From a virus: a stretch of 22,830 nucleotides of DNA. The position numbers were made by a program, and so were the translations under genes. Shown piece by piece: positions 1 through 8,083 of the stretch. Numbering within the stretch: the stretch's first letter is position 1; every line of letters begins with the position of its first letter. The notes under the pieces are model-generated. The model saw nothing but the letters and a program-made list of their open reading frames with translations, ran no database searches and was not told the origin of the DNA. The stretch is taken from the UHGV virus genome UHGV-0089399, one strand, 5' to 3'.

Positions 1-184
1 TTACGTTTATCATGTTAATTCATCATTATTACATCATCATTGTAAATAATTAAATTAACTTCCATAACATTAAAATATGTATCCACTGACGCTTTTTTAC
101 ATAACGAAGAATTGACCATTTTGTCCTGTTGTGCCTTAATGTAAGTACCGTCCACAGCGTGGGACATACTTCAAGGAACCTTTT

Positions 185-376
185 GTGAGTCAGGCAACCA
201 GTATGCGAAAACGACACCGATTTAACAGTCGCATGACCCGTATCGTACTGCTCATCAGCTTTATCTTCTTCTTTGGCCGTTTTATCTACTCGTCCGTCGG
301 TGCATGGCAGCACCATCAGAGCAAAAAAGAAGCTCAGCAATCCACACTCTCCGTCGAATCACCGGTACAACGTTAG
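185..376 (+). CDS. yfgG: Small hydrophobic protein, YfgG-like (63 aa)
   Basis: 63-aa ORF with an apparent GTG start and a hydrophobic core (IVLLISFIFFFGRFIY). Sits immediately upstream of the yfgH/yfgI-like genes, as in the E. coli K-12 yfgG-yfgH-yfgI arrangement recalled from memory. Confidence 0.55.
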   Translation: MSQATSMRKRHRFNSRMTRIVLLISFIFFFGRFIYSSVGAWQHHQSKKEAQQSTLSVESPVQR

Positions 377-686
377 CGGTTACCTTCTCCACTTTCACAG
401 AACATAACGGCACCTCGCTGTCGGATGCTTTTGCTCTTTGGGATTATCAAAGCGGCAGATATTCTTTCATCTTAAATTTTACGTCTTTGTCCTGACTGAT
501 GTTTATCCTGTTTGGCTGCGAAATAAATATAAAATTAATACATATGTTTTAATGATGTATTTTTATAAATTATTTTCCACATGAATTTTAATAAATTTAA
601 TCTATTCCTTAATACGCAATACATTTACTTTCCTCTTTTGATGATCTTAAATGTCTTATTTTTCGTAATGTGTATAACAAGGAATA

Positions 687-1205
687 GTGATGAAATTTAA
701 AAAATGTCTTCTGCCTGTGGTAATGTTAGCGTCATTCACTCTGGCAGGATGCCAGTCAAATGCTGATGATCATGCCGCCGATGTTTATCAAACCGATCAA
801 CTGAATACCAAACAAGAAACTAAAACCGTTAATATTATTTCCATTCTTCCCGCAAAAGTTGCCGTAGACAACTCCCAAAATAAACGAAACGCACAAGCCT
901 TCGGCGCGCTTATTGGTGCAGTCGCTGGCGGTGTTATTGGCCACAACGTCGGGTCTGGCAGCAATTCCGGAACGACGGCAGGTGCAGTTGGCGGCGGAGC
1001 TGTTGGCGCGGCAGCGGGTTCTATGGTGAATGATAAAACCTTAGTGGAAGGTGTTTCTCTAACGTATAAGGAAGGCACCAAAGTGTATACCTCCACCCAG
1101 GTGGGTAAAGAGTGCCAGTTTACGACAGGTTTAGCCGTTGTTATTACCACGACGTATAACGAAACGCGTATTCAGCCAAATACCAAATGTCCTGAAAAGA
1201 GCTAA
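687..1205 (+). CDS. yfgH: Outer-membrane lipoprotein with glycine-zipper region, YfgH-like
   Basis: Signal peptide followed by lipobox L-A-G-C (MMKFKKCLLPVVMLASFTLAGC). Gly/Ala-rich glycine-zipper segment (GALIGAVAGGVIGHNVGSG...GAVGGGAVGAAAG). 172 aa; the ATG at 690 is an alternative start. Confidence 0.8.
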   Translation: MMKFKKCLLPVVMLASFTLAGCQSNADDHAADVYQTDQLNTKQETKTVNIISILPAKVAVDNSQNKRNAQAFGALIGAVAGGVIGHNVGSGSNSGTTAGAVGGGAVGAAAGSMVNDKTLVEGVSLTYKEGTKVYTSTQVGKECQFTTGLAVVITTTYNETRIQPNTKCPEKS

Positions 1206-1220
1206 TAATCAGGAGGAGTC

Positions 1221-1760
1221 ATGAAGAAAGTTTTTCTTTGCGCCATCTTAGCTTCCTTAAGCTATCCGGCTATCGCCTCATCATTGCAGGATCAACTCTC
1301 TGCTGTCGCAGAAGCGGAACAGCAAGGTAAAAATGAAGAGCAAAGGCAGCATGACGAATGGGTCGCGGAGCGCAACAGGGAAATCCAGCAAGAGAAGCAA
1401 CGTCGCGCAAACGCCCAGGCCGCCGCTAACAAAAGAGCGACAACGGCAGCGGCAAATAAGAAAGCTCGTCAGGATAAACTGGACGCCGAAGCCTCTGCGG
1501 ACAAAAAACGCGATCAAAGTTATCAAGATGAGCTACGCAGCTTAGAGATTCAGAAACAAAAACTGGCGCTGGCGAAAGAAGAAGCCCGCGTTAAGCGAGA
1601 AAACGAATTTATCGATCAGGAACTGAAGCACAAAGCTGCGCAAACCGATGTGGTGCAATCTGAAGCTGACGCAAACAGGAATATGACTGAGGGCGGTCGA
1701 GATCTGATGAAAAGCGTGGGCAAAGCAGAAGAGAACAAATCGGACAGCTGGTTTAATTAA
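1221..1760 (+). CDS. yfgI: Secreted charged coiled-coil protein, YfgI-like
   Basis: AGGAGG ribosome-binding site 6 nt upstream of the ATG. N-terminal signal peptide (MKKVFLCAILASLSYPAIASS), then a highly charged K/E/R/Q-rich helical region. 179 aa, matching the remembered size of YfgI. Confidence 0.75.
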   Translation: MKKVFLCAILASLSYPAIASSLQDQLSAVAEAEQQGKNEEQRQHDEWVAERNREIQQEKQRRANAQAAANKRATTAAANKKARQDKLDAEASADKKRDQSYQDELRSLEIQKQKLALAKEEARVKRENEFIDQELKHKAAQTDVVQSEADANRNMTEGGRDLMKSVGKAEENKSDSWFN

Positions 1761-1799
1761 TCGATGTAAGTAACTTCAAGCCTATAATTCTTGAAGATA

Positions 1800-1831
1800 A
1801 AAAACCCTCTGTAGTAACAGAGGGTTTTGTT
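1800..1831. terminator. Bidirectional rho-independent terminator after yfgI
   Basis: Stem CCCTCTG (1805-1811) / CAGAGGG (1818-1824) with loop tagtaa. Flanked by an A-tract upstream and a T-tract (ttttgtt) downstream. Confidence 0.7.
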
Positions 1832-1854
1832 CATTCATAGTGCAGGGATCAAAA

Positions 1855-1872
1855 TCATTCCCACTCAATTAT
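1855..1872 (-). other. Remnant of the guaA 3' end (I-E-W-E-stop); candidate prophage/chromosome junction (att core region)
   Basis: The minus strand reads ATT GAG TGG GAA TGA (IEWE-stop), the C-terminus of GMP synthase as I recall it. It lies where convergent guaA is expected next to yfgI, but the reading frame closes after 5 codons and no guaA body follows. Confidence 0.4.
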
Positions 1873-1956
1873 TTACGGATACCATAACCAATTGATTGAT
1901 AACAACTTTCTGCAACATGATTTTCACCGTACCGTTTTATATACCGTCACCGGAAA

Positions 1957-2454
1957 TCAGTGCCACGATTTTTGCTTCTTCAGTGAATCGTATTGCTGTT
2001 CGCAGGATTCTCCTGCAATCCGATACTTTTCAGCCTCAGCTGCTGTTGCGTTGTAAACTCGATTGCTTTCTTCAAGCATGTCGGCGAGCACACCGATGAC
2101 CTTGCTGGCTGGCGTGCCAGTGGGGAAAGATCCGGTATAGTGTTCGGCGAGTCGCTTGGTTTTGTCAAGCTCGGCGCGCAGGCTGTCAGCAGCGGCATTA
2201 GCATGCTCAGCATCAACACGCGCCACATCGATACGGGATTGTGCTTCACGTTCAATTTGTGTTTTCTCCTGATCACGTTGTGACCTGGCCTTATCATCAG
2301 CCTGTTTCTGATCTTCCTGTGCCTGCGCATACCCGGCATCGTACTGGCGGCTGCCGTGCATATTCCAGGCAACCACTCCGACGATGAACAGAGCAGCAAG
2401 CATCAACACGATAAGCAACTGTTTCCAGTATGCTTTTACGAATGCCCAGATCAT
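1957..2454 (-). CDS. i-spanin (Rz-like lysis protein)
   Basis: 165 aa with an N-terminal transmembrane helix ([18 protein letters not shown]) followed by a charged coiled-coil periplasmic domain. Its ATG overlaps the endolysin stop (ATGA). Last gene of the lysis cassette. Confidence 0.75.
   Translation of the reverse strand: MIWAFVKAYWKQLLIVLMLAALFIVGVVAWNMHGSRQYDAGYAQAQEDQKQADDKARSQRDQEKTQIEREAQSRIDVARVDAEHANAAADSLRAELDKTKRLAEHYTGSFPTGTPASKVIGVLADMLEESNRVYNATAAEAEKYRIAGESCEQQYDSLKKQKSWH
1980..2228 (-). CDS. o-spanin (Rz1-like lipoprotein) embedded in the +1 frame of the i-spanin gene
   Basis: Alternative-frame ORF wholly inside the Rz-like gene. Encodes [17 protein letters not shown] with lipobox L-T-A-C, followed by a Pro-rich short periplasmic segment ([19 protein letters not shown]). 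ATG confirmed at 2228; a later ATG at 2213 is an alternative start. Confidence 0.55.
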   Translation of the reverse strand: MWRVLMLSMLMPLLTACAPSLTKPSDSPNTIPDLSPLARQPARSSVCSPTCLKKAIEFTTQQQLRLKSIGLQENPANSNTIH

Positions 2455-3080
2455 ACCGCCAGCACATTACTGGCAGTGATGTACCGCGCTCTCCGGTCGT
2501 CGATGCCGTTCCTGCCACCATTGATAATCAAAGTTACACGAGCAATATCGCCGGTATACTTCATGCAACCTTTGCTGGAGAAGAACCACGCCGCGCTACG
2601 AGCCGCATATTCGTCCTGCGCTAACAGTTCAGGATTCTCCAGCAGGTCCACTTTCAGGCCGTTTCCGCAGTCACGATAGTTATTCAAACCGGTAATCTGG
2701 ATAAGTCCACGGCCTCGGTAATTCCAGCCGTCACCAGGGGAATTGTTCCCCATGCGTTTGCTGTACACCAGATTGGCGATCGCTCGCTGGCGCTCGAGTG
2801 GCAATGGTGGTTCACCAGCACGGCGACCCAGTGCATTAGCCTGCCCCTGAGTGAGACGCCCAGCCCGAACGAAGTTAGCCAGACCGCTGACACTGTAGTT
2901 GAAATTCTCCTGCAATCTGGTGAAGCCCACAGATTCATGCCCGACCTGAGCAATAAACATTGCCTGATCCTCTGCTTTGCTGATACCAAACTCTTTCATC
3001 GCAGAAGTTATATGCGAGAACCAGCGAGCGGCCAGCGCCTCTCTAATACCAGCAGCTCGCTGGAATTGTTTAATCTCCAT
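2451..3080 (-). CDS. Endolysin, glycoside hydrolase family 19 (chitinase-like lysozyme)
   Basis: 209 aa with GH19-like motifs (QVGHESVGF ... [16 protein letters not shown]). Sits between the holin-like genes and the spanins, with overlapping start and stop codons. Confidence 0.8.
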   Translation of the reverse strand: MEIKQFQRAAGIREALAARWFSHITSAMKEFGISKAEDQAMFIAQVGHESVGFTRLQENFNYSVSGLANFVRAGRLTQGQANALGRRAGEPPLPLERQRAIANLVYSKRMGNNSPGDGWNYRGRGLIQITGLNNYRDCGNGLKVDLLENPELLAQDEYAARSAAWFFSSKGCMKYTGDIARVTLIINGGRNGIDDRRARYITASNVLAV

Positions 3081-3378
3081 GTTTAGACCTCGTTATTTTG
3101 AAAATCTGAACGACGTTACCGCGCGTTTTAATAACCGCAGCAAGCATGACAGCGTTGATAATGACCTCAGATAAATCCACAGCCATTGGCGTGCGTAACC
3201 AGATTGCATAAACGACACGAACAGGAATACTGGCCGCAGCAACAATCAGGAAATAAGCAATCCACCCACCCCATCTTCGGTGTTGAGATCCGTTACGCTG
3301 GAAAGTGACAACGCGAATTGCTATGCCAGTACAAATAACTGCATTGGTGATAAGTAAAAACAGGTCATGCGTTACCAT
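3070..3378 (-). CDS. Holin/antiholin-like small membrane protein
   Basis: 102 aa with 2-3 predicted transmembrane segments and a charged C-terminus. Overlaps the endolysin start by 11 nt and the upstream membrane-protein gene by 14 nt. Confidence 0.5.
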   Translation of the reverse strand: MVTHDLFLLITNAVICTGIAIRVVTFQRNGSQHRRWGGWIAYFLIVAAASIPVRVVYAIWLRTPMAVDLSEVIINAVMLAAVIKTRGNVVQIFKITRSKHGD

Positions 3379-3781
3379 CGTCTTTTCTCCCCGGAATTAA
3401 CTCGCGTGGATTATCGGAACGGTGATAGAGCCAGATACCAATTCGCACTGCGACAATTGCTGATACGAATGCGCCAGCAGAGAAAACAATCCCTTTCTCG
3501 AACGAGTCCTGCGTGATGGTAGGGATCAGGCTGGCTATGCCGATAAGAATTGATGCTGCTGGTTTGTAAAAAAGAAGGCCGCAGAGAAAGCTGAGCATCG
3601 ACAAGAATACGCGACGACGAATTGGATACTCTACCGCAGAGGTAACAAAAATTACCGCACCAGCAAGAGCACCGAGCGCCACCTCTGGCGGAACACCTAC
3701 GATAACCGCAGCAAGAGAGCTCACACTAAGCCATTGATTTAAAGACTCAGTTGTTATGTTAACCGACATAGCACACACCAT
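3365..3781 (-). CDS. Holin-like membrane protein
   Basis: 138 aa with several hydrophobic helices and a charged C-terminal tail ([18 protein letters not shown]). First gene of the lysis cassette. Two in-frame ATGs 4 codons apart (MVCAM). Confidence 0.5.
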   Translation of the reverse strand: MVCAMSVNITTESLNQWLSVSSLAAVIVGVPPEVALGALAGAVIFVTSAVEYPIRRRVFLSMLSFLCGLLFYKPAASILIGIASLIPTITQDSFEKGIVFSAGAFVSAIVAVRIGIWLYHRSDNPRELIPGRKDDGNA

Positions 3782-3944
3782 TTTTTTTGTACATATCGAA
3801 CCTCTTCACTTACAGGTCACCAAACACAATAAACCATATATGTTTAACCATCAGGTATTCTGAAATAACTATCAATTCATTGGTTTTTGATGACAATATT
3901 CATAAACAACCATAAATGTAAGGATGTTTATTAGTTGCCAAAAT

Positions 3945-6551
3945 TTATTTCCTGCAAACTCCAGATGATGTTAATCCATCAAAAATAACCTGCACTCTGG
4001 CAATAACAACATCAACTCCAGAAGTCGTTTCACTTGCATAACCAAGTTTTATTTTAGATACAATATCCTGAGTAAGTTCAGATATTTCAGTTTCTGCAAT
4101 GTTACCAGAGGCCATGTGATTATCGTATGCCATAGAATGAATTCCATTATTGACATCGATTGAACTAGTATGTTTGTGAAAAATAGATGGGTTTACCTGA
4201 AACGAATTTGAACCGATAAGATCAGAAGATACTCCATTCATCACTGCAGTACAGCGTGGAATATTATTATCGGTTATTGTCATATGCAGACGGTTACCAG
4301 TTAACCCCTCACCAAGTGTGACATAATACGCCAATTCTCCACCTGCATATTGTTTCCCCTCAACAATAACAGTAATCCCTCTTAATTTCTGATTAGCTAG
4401 CAAAAACTTATTACTGTCTATATAGCATTTATTTGCGGAACCAAAAACAGCCCCTTCTAAAATATCTGATGAATAGGAATAAATAAGGTCACCAGAAACA
4501 AAGGAAAGAATATCAGATACGTTTCCTTTTTTAGATAAGTTGGGAGAATAGCTATTAACTATTTCATATTGTCCTGTGATAAAATCAAGGTAAACGCCAT
4601 CAGTTTTCATCTCTTTAAAGAAAATGCTATTAAAGCATCCATCAAGAACCGGTGGATATATTCTAGAGCTTGCATAAGCTGTTGGGTGATTCTTATTATT
4701 ACCACTACCAGGCGAATAAACATCTTCGTTAGTCATTGACTTTTTAAGCTTAACAGGAATCATCGGCTGCATATCAATTTTGCAGTTCCCTGAACCACCG
4801 ATGCGAGGATAAAATAAACCACCAAACCTTACAATATTACTACTGAATAGTATTTCGTTATCGTTAAGTGTTATCTCAACGAAGTTTCCAATAAGTTTAA
4901 ATTCAACTGAAAACAAACCAAGTGGAGCAGATAATTTAACAATATTGCGCATAAAAACACCTACAGTCCCTGTTGATGCAGTATAGTGTGTGGTTTCAAA
5001 GGCAGAGCCTGTATATTTCAAGTTAATGAAATTATTATGGTATGAAGACAATTGGAATTGAATCCCAGAACTAAGGATTTCAATATCTACAAATTGAATC
5101 CTTACGGAGTAAGAATATGATAAATCTTCATATTCATAAGGCAATGTAACATCTTTTGAAATAGTTGCCCTCACATAATTACCAGAAACCACATCAACCC
5201 CATCACGTACTGCATTAAAGTAACGATTAAAATCAATAAGCCCAGCGCCAACATACTGCGCATATGAACGAGTCCATCCTGCCATTGCGTTTCGTCCATT
5301 CTGAGCTTCTAAACTGCTAAATTCAGAGTCACTTGTGGTACTTGATGGGAGGATATTTGTACAAAAAACAATTTCAGGCATTGAAGTAATATCATTCAGT
5401 TCAGCCATCAATTTAAAAAAAGTTTTCTGCGGGAAGTTACCAACATCCCAACCATCTCCGTCATTCATGCCAAAAGCAATAATAACAACATCAGGGTTAA
5501 TATCACGAATGTAATCAATCCAGCGTCTGTTCGTGTCTGAATACCATGGGTACTGTGAGTTATAAGAAGTAATTGCTGGTGTATCTTTTCCAAGGTCATA
5601 GTACCTCATTCCACCAATTGCTCTGTTAAATAAAGTAGAACTTGGGAATTTCTCTTGCAAAACTCTCTTAAGATGAGCGGCAAAAATGCTTGATCGATCC
5701 ACTGTGCTTATATTATATGGGGCACTTAAGCTGTCACCAACTAACACTATTTTTGAGTTAGGCCTTGATAATCTCTCAAGTGTTTTAGATGTGACTAAAC
5801 TGCAGGAATTAATGAACTGAGTACTATTTAGCGTCTGTTCAAGTGTATCACCAAATCTGGTACCAACGTATGATGATCCGTTGACACTTGCTAGCTTAAG
5901 GCATAAATCAGCAGTATCTGTAATTGAAAAAATAGGAACAGGACGTCCTAAACTGTCATACCCCTGAATTGAGTTTGCCCTAGAAGATGCTGATGCCATT
6001 TCGCTTACTATCTCAGGGAAGCGGAGTGTTTTAGATATGTTGCTGTTAATAACTCCTTTGATAGATGAGTCTGTATATTTCTTCGTGGAAGCGTCCTGAG
6101 GAAATAATGGATCATCAAGGTTACGAATACGATTGCCGAGTGCATCGTAGTAAGTGGCACTAAATGATGGTTTACGAAGAGCCAGCCGAGCCATGCTTTT
6201 GACTAACTGGATCAGCATCGTTAGCTTATCAAAAGCATCCTCATGCACTTCCGCAAAGAACTTACCCTGATTGCGCAGATCAGTTTCCTGTGTAACCGGT
6301 AGCTCTCGTGATATAGAAATCTTATAGCCATTGGCCAACGCCTTCGACAATATTACATTTCCACCATTGTATCCTCCGGCCCCGGTAACTATATAATCAG
6401 TATCAAGAGTCAGTACGGTGATATTTTCATGAATATCAACAACCTGCACAATCAAATCAGATTTATTGAAAACCCTAAAGGCATACGGAAACGATGTCGT
6501 AACGCCGTTACCGGTGTATTCGTTGTGGTCAACTTCGGTTGAGACCGTCAT
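3945..6551 (-). CDS. Tail fiber/tailspike with T7 gp17-like N-terminal anchor and SGNH/GDSL hydrolase (esterase-like) domain
   Basis: 868 aa. N-terminus (EYTGNGVTTSFPYAFRVF...LTLDTDYIV) resembles the conserved T7 tail-fiber N-terminal domain. Central GDS block (VLVGDSLSAPY), a conserved Gly block and a GxND block (VVIIAFGMNDG) are typical of SGNH hydrolases. GGAG ribosome-binding site upstream. Confidence 0.8.
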   Translation of the reverse strand: MTVSTEVDHNEYTGNGVTTSFPYAFRVFNKSDLIVQVVDIHENITVLTLDTDYIVTGAGGYNGGNVILSKALANGYKISISRELPVTQETDLRNQGKFFAEVHEDAFDKLTMLIQLVKSMARLALRKPSFSATYYDALGNRIRNLDDPLFPQDASTKKYTDSSIKGVINSNISKTLRFPEIVSEMASASSRANSIQGYDSLGRPVPIFSITDTADLCLKLASVNGSSYVGTRFGDTLEQTLNSTQFINSCSLVTSKTLERLSRPNSKIVLVGDSLSAPYNISTVDRSSIFAAHLKRVLQEKFPSSTLFNRAIGGMRYYDLGKDTPAITSYNSQYPWYSDTNRRWIDYIRDINPDVVIIAFGMNDGDGWDVGNFPQKTFFKLMAELNDITSMPEIVFCTNILPSSTTSDSEFSSLEAQNGRNAMAGWTRSYAQYVGAGLIDFNRYFNAVRDGVDVVSGNYVRATISKDVTLPYEYEDLSYSYSVRIQFVDIEILSSGIQFQLSSYHNNFINLKYTGSAFETTHYTASTGTVGVFMRNIVKLSAPLGLFSVEFKLIGNFVEITLNDNEILFSSNIVRFGGLFYPRIGGSGNCKIDMQPMIPVKLKKSMTNEDVYSPGSGNNKNHPTAYASSRIYPPVLDGCFNSIFFKEMKTDGVYLDFITGQYEIVNSYSPNLSKKGNVSDILSFVSGDLIYSYSSDILEGAVFGSANKCYIDSNKFLLANQKLRGITVIVEGKQYAGGELAYYVTLGEGLTGNRLHMTITDNNIPRCTAVMNGVSSDLIGSNSFQVNPSIFHKHTSSIDVNNGIHSMAYDNHMASGNIAETEISELTQDIVSKIKLGYASETTSGVDVVIARVQVIFDGLTSSGVCRK

Positions 6552-6654
6552 GTTAAATCTCCAGATAGTCGCAGCACCCGTTGCGCCGCATATCTGGTTA
6601 TTCTATTACCTGAAAAACCATATATGTATAGAAAGACTATAAATACCAATAGAT

Positions 6655-6671
6655 ATTACCTTTATGGTAAT
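6655..6671. promoter_or_regulatory. Palindromic operator-like site ATTACC-N5-GGTAAT (copy 1 of 3)
   Basis: Perfect 6-bp inverted arms with a 5-nt spacer, in the divergent region between the tailspike and the plus-strand accessory operon. Confidence 0.4.
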
Positions 6672-6709
6672 TTGCAAAACGTGCTGGATAGCAAACAAAT
6701 TATTTGATA

Positions 6710-6725
6710 CTGTATAAATATACAG
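6710..6725. promoter_or_regulatory. LexA (SOS) box, CTGT-N8-ACAG
   Basis: CTGTATAAATATACAG is a near-perfect match to the LexA consensus CTGT(AT)4ACAG. Lies about 20 bp upstream of the 6747 start and overlaps the likely promoter (TTGATA upstream). Confidence 0.6.
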
Positions 6726-6746
6726 TTATTGCATGGAGAAGATAAG

Positions 6747-7004
6747 ATGCAGCGGTATCACTATCCACTGGAAGACGGATTTACCGAAAGGATTCACACG
6801 CCGGGAGGCGTCAGGTCACTGGTGGAGGGATCGCACTTGATGAAATTACTCCGGGATCTCGATAAGGATGGATTTAATGTCGATGGCCCACTTGCCGAAC
6901 TGACTGCACTGATTAACTACGTCACCAGCTCACAGATGTCTATGCGGGATCTGCAAACACATCTCGACTATTGTGCCGAACAATTACGAAAACAAACCAG
7001 ATAA
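6747..7004 (+). CDS. Small protein paralogous to the C-terminal domain of the downstream Bro-N protein
   Basis: GGAG ribosome-binding site 8 nt upstream of the ATG. Residues ERIHTPGGVRSLVEGSHLMKLLRDLDKDGFNVDGPLAELTALINYV...MRDLQTHLDY align with RSLIHSPSGVLGLTENSLLMNLLNQLQEDGHDVSGAAAELTTMFCYI...LRDIQTHAEY of the 7319-8011 product. Confidence 0.55.
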   Translation: MQRYHYPLEDGFTERIHTPGGVRSLVEGSHLMKLLRDLDKDGFNVDGPLAELTALINYVTSSQMSMRDLQTHLDYCAEQLRKQTR

Positions 7005-7022
7005 GGTTTGCAATTACCAAGT

Positions 7023-7066
7023 GGAGTGCTTATATTTACCTTTGAGGTAAATTTACATCGCACTCC
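7023..7066. repeat. Compound inverted repeat containing palindrome copy 2 (ATTTACC-N5-GGTAAAT)
   Basis: Outer arms GGAGTGC (7023-7029) / GCACTCC (7060-7066) enclose inner arms ATTTACC (7034-7040) / GGTAAAT (7046-7052). Confidence 0.5.
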
Positions 7067-7143
7067 TCTTGTGCCATAGTAATCGGGCACTGGCAAAATC
7101 CGGTGCCGGGATTGGTCTCCCGGATTACTACAGAGGCACATAT

Positions 7144-7164
7144 GCCGCATAAGCGGTTTTTTTT
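7144..7164 (+). terminator. Weak intrinsic terminator/attenuator-like hairpin with U8 tract
   Basis: Short stem CCGC-ataa-GCGG followed by tttttttt, between the small ORF and the Bro-N gene. The stem is short, so function is uncertain. Confidence 0.35.
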
Positions 7165-7318
7165 ATGTGTAAAGCGCACCTATTCTATGGTGGGCTGTGT
7201 GGGGGCACCGAAAGGTGCGCCGGGTTCCTTTGTAGCCGGTAAGACCAACTCTGCACAGTTCACCACCATCTGATTGGTCTCAGCGGTGGTGATTAACCTA
7301 ACTACAAAGGTGATCGCC

Positions 7319-8011
7319 ATGAATACCAAACCTTCCATCTTTTCCTTTGAGTCATCCTGCCAGATCCGTATGTTCATGATTGACGGAGAACCTTGGTTTG
7401 TCACCAAAGATGTGTGCAATGCTTTGAATATTGATGTTACACAAGCGAGAAAACTTGATAAAAAAGGCTGGAACAAAAAGGGGCTGTATTCAATACAGAC
7501 CCCTGGTGGAATACAAGAACTATCCATCGTTTCAGAATCAGGTCTCTACATCCTTATTCTGCGTTGCAAAGAGGCAATGACTGAGGGAACGAGAGCATTC
7601 AGATTTCTTGAATGGGTTACAGGCGAGGTTCTTCCTCAGATCCGCCGCACCGGAAGTTACATTAAAAACTCGCTACCGCAGGAAGAACGCATAAAGATGG
7701 TTGCCGACCAGGTAGCCAACGCCACGGCGTCAGCAGTAATGCAGGCGATGAAGATAGAGAACAAAACCTACAACGCCCCGCTGAAGCCCGGCTACCGCAG
7801 CCTGATTCATTCCCCGTCTGGTGTTCTCGGCCTGACGGAGAACTCACTGCTGATGAATCTGCTGAACCAGTTACAGGAAGACGGGCACGACGTATCGGGC
7901 GCGGCGGCGGAGCTGACCACCATGTTCTGCTACATCGTCGGTGTGAGCAAATGCCTGCGTGATATCCAGACGCACGCGGAGTACATCAACGACAAAGCAG
8001 GGTTCTTCTGA
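7319..8011 (+). CDS. Bro-N domain protein (phage antirepressor-like)
   Basis: N-terminal region (FSFESSCQIRMFMIDGEPWFVTKDVCNALN...ESGLYILILRCKEAMTEGTRAFRFLEWVTGEVLPQIRRTGSY) matches the Bro-N/KilA-N-type domain pattern. AGGTGA ribosome-binding site upstream of the ATG at 7319; the track ORF begins earlier at a non-ATG codon. Confidence 0.8.
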   Translation: MNTKPSIFSFESSCQIRMFMIDGEPWFVTKDVCNALNIDVTQARKLDKKGWNKKGLYSIQTPGGIQELSIVSESGLYILILRCKEAMTEGTRAFRFLEWVTGEVLPQIRRTGSYIKNSLPQEERIKMVADQVANATASAVMQAMKIENKTYNAPLKPGYRSLIHSPSGVLGLTENSLLMNLLNQLQEDGHDVSGAAAELTTMFCYIVGVSKCLRDIQTHAEYINDKAGFF

Positions 8012-8083
8012 CGGGCGGCGGCACAGGGATGTGCCTTTAAATAATTCTGTACAGATTGCAGACTGGGGGTGAATAGCGTACTA

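Noticed and set aside
50-340. 96-aa minus-strand ORF antisense to the yfgG-like gene
   Set aside because: It overlaps a plausible host gene on the opposite strand, has no ribosome-binding site I could see, and has an odd composition. Likely a shadow ORF.
797-1150. 117-aa minus-strand ORF inside the yfgH-like gene, and similar antisense or alternative-frame ORFs inside large genes (for example 1281-1526, 10721-11182, 12989-13465, 15854-16471, 19562-20251, 21232-21957)
   Set aside because: Each is fully contained in a longer, better-supported gene on the other strand or frame with overlapping codons throughout. Their translations are low-complexity or Arg/Pro/Cys-rich, typical of frame shadows.
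1760-1960. A tRNA gene as integration target at the host-prophage junction
   Set aside because: No cloverleaf-like arrangement or conserved T-loop-like motif (GTTC followed by purines) was seen in the junction. The junction instead carries a guaA 3'-end remnant, pointing to integration into a protein-coding gene end.
3782-3944. AT-rich gap between tailspike and holin containing a 7-A run and an out-of-frame ATG just upstream of the holin start
   Set aside because: It could be a late promoter or a slippery site, but there is no supporting motif I can name with confidence. Left as an unannotated intergenic region.
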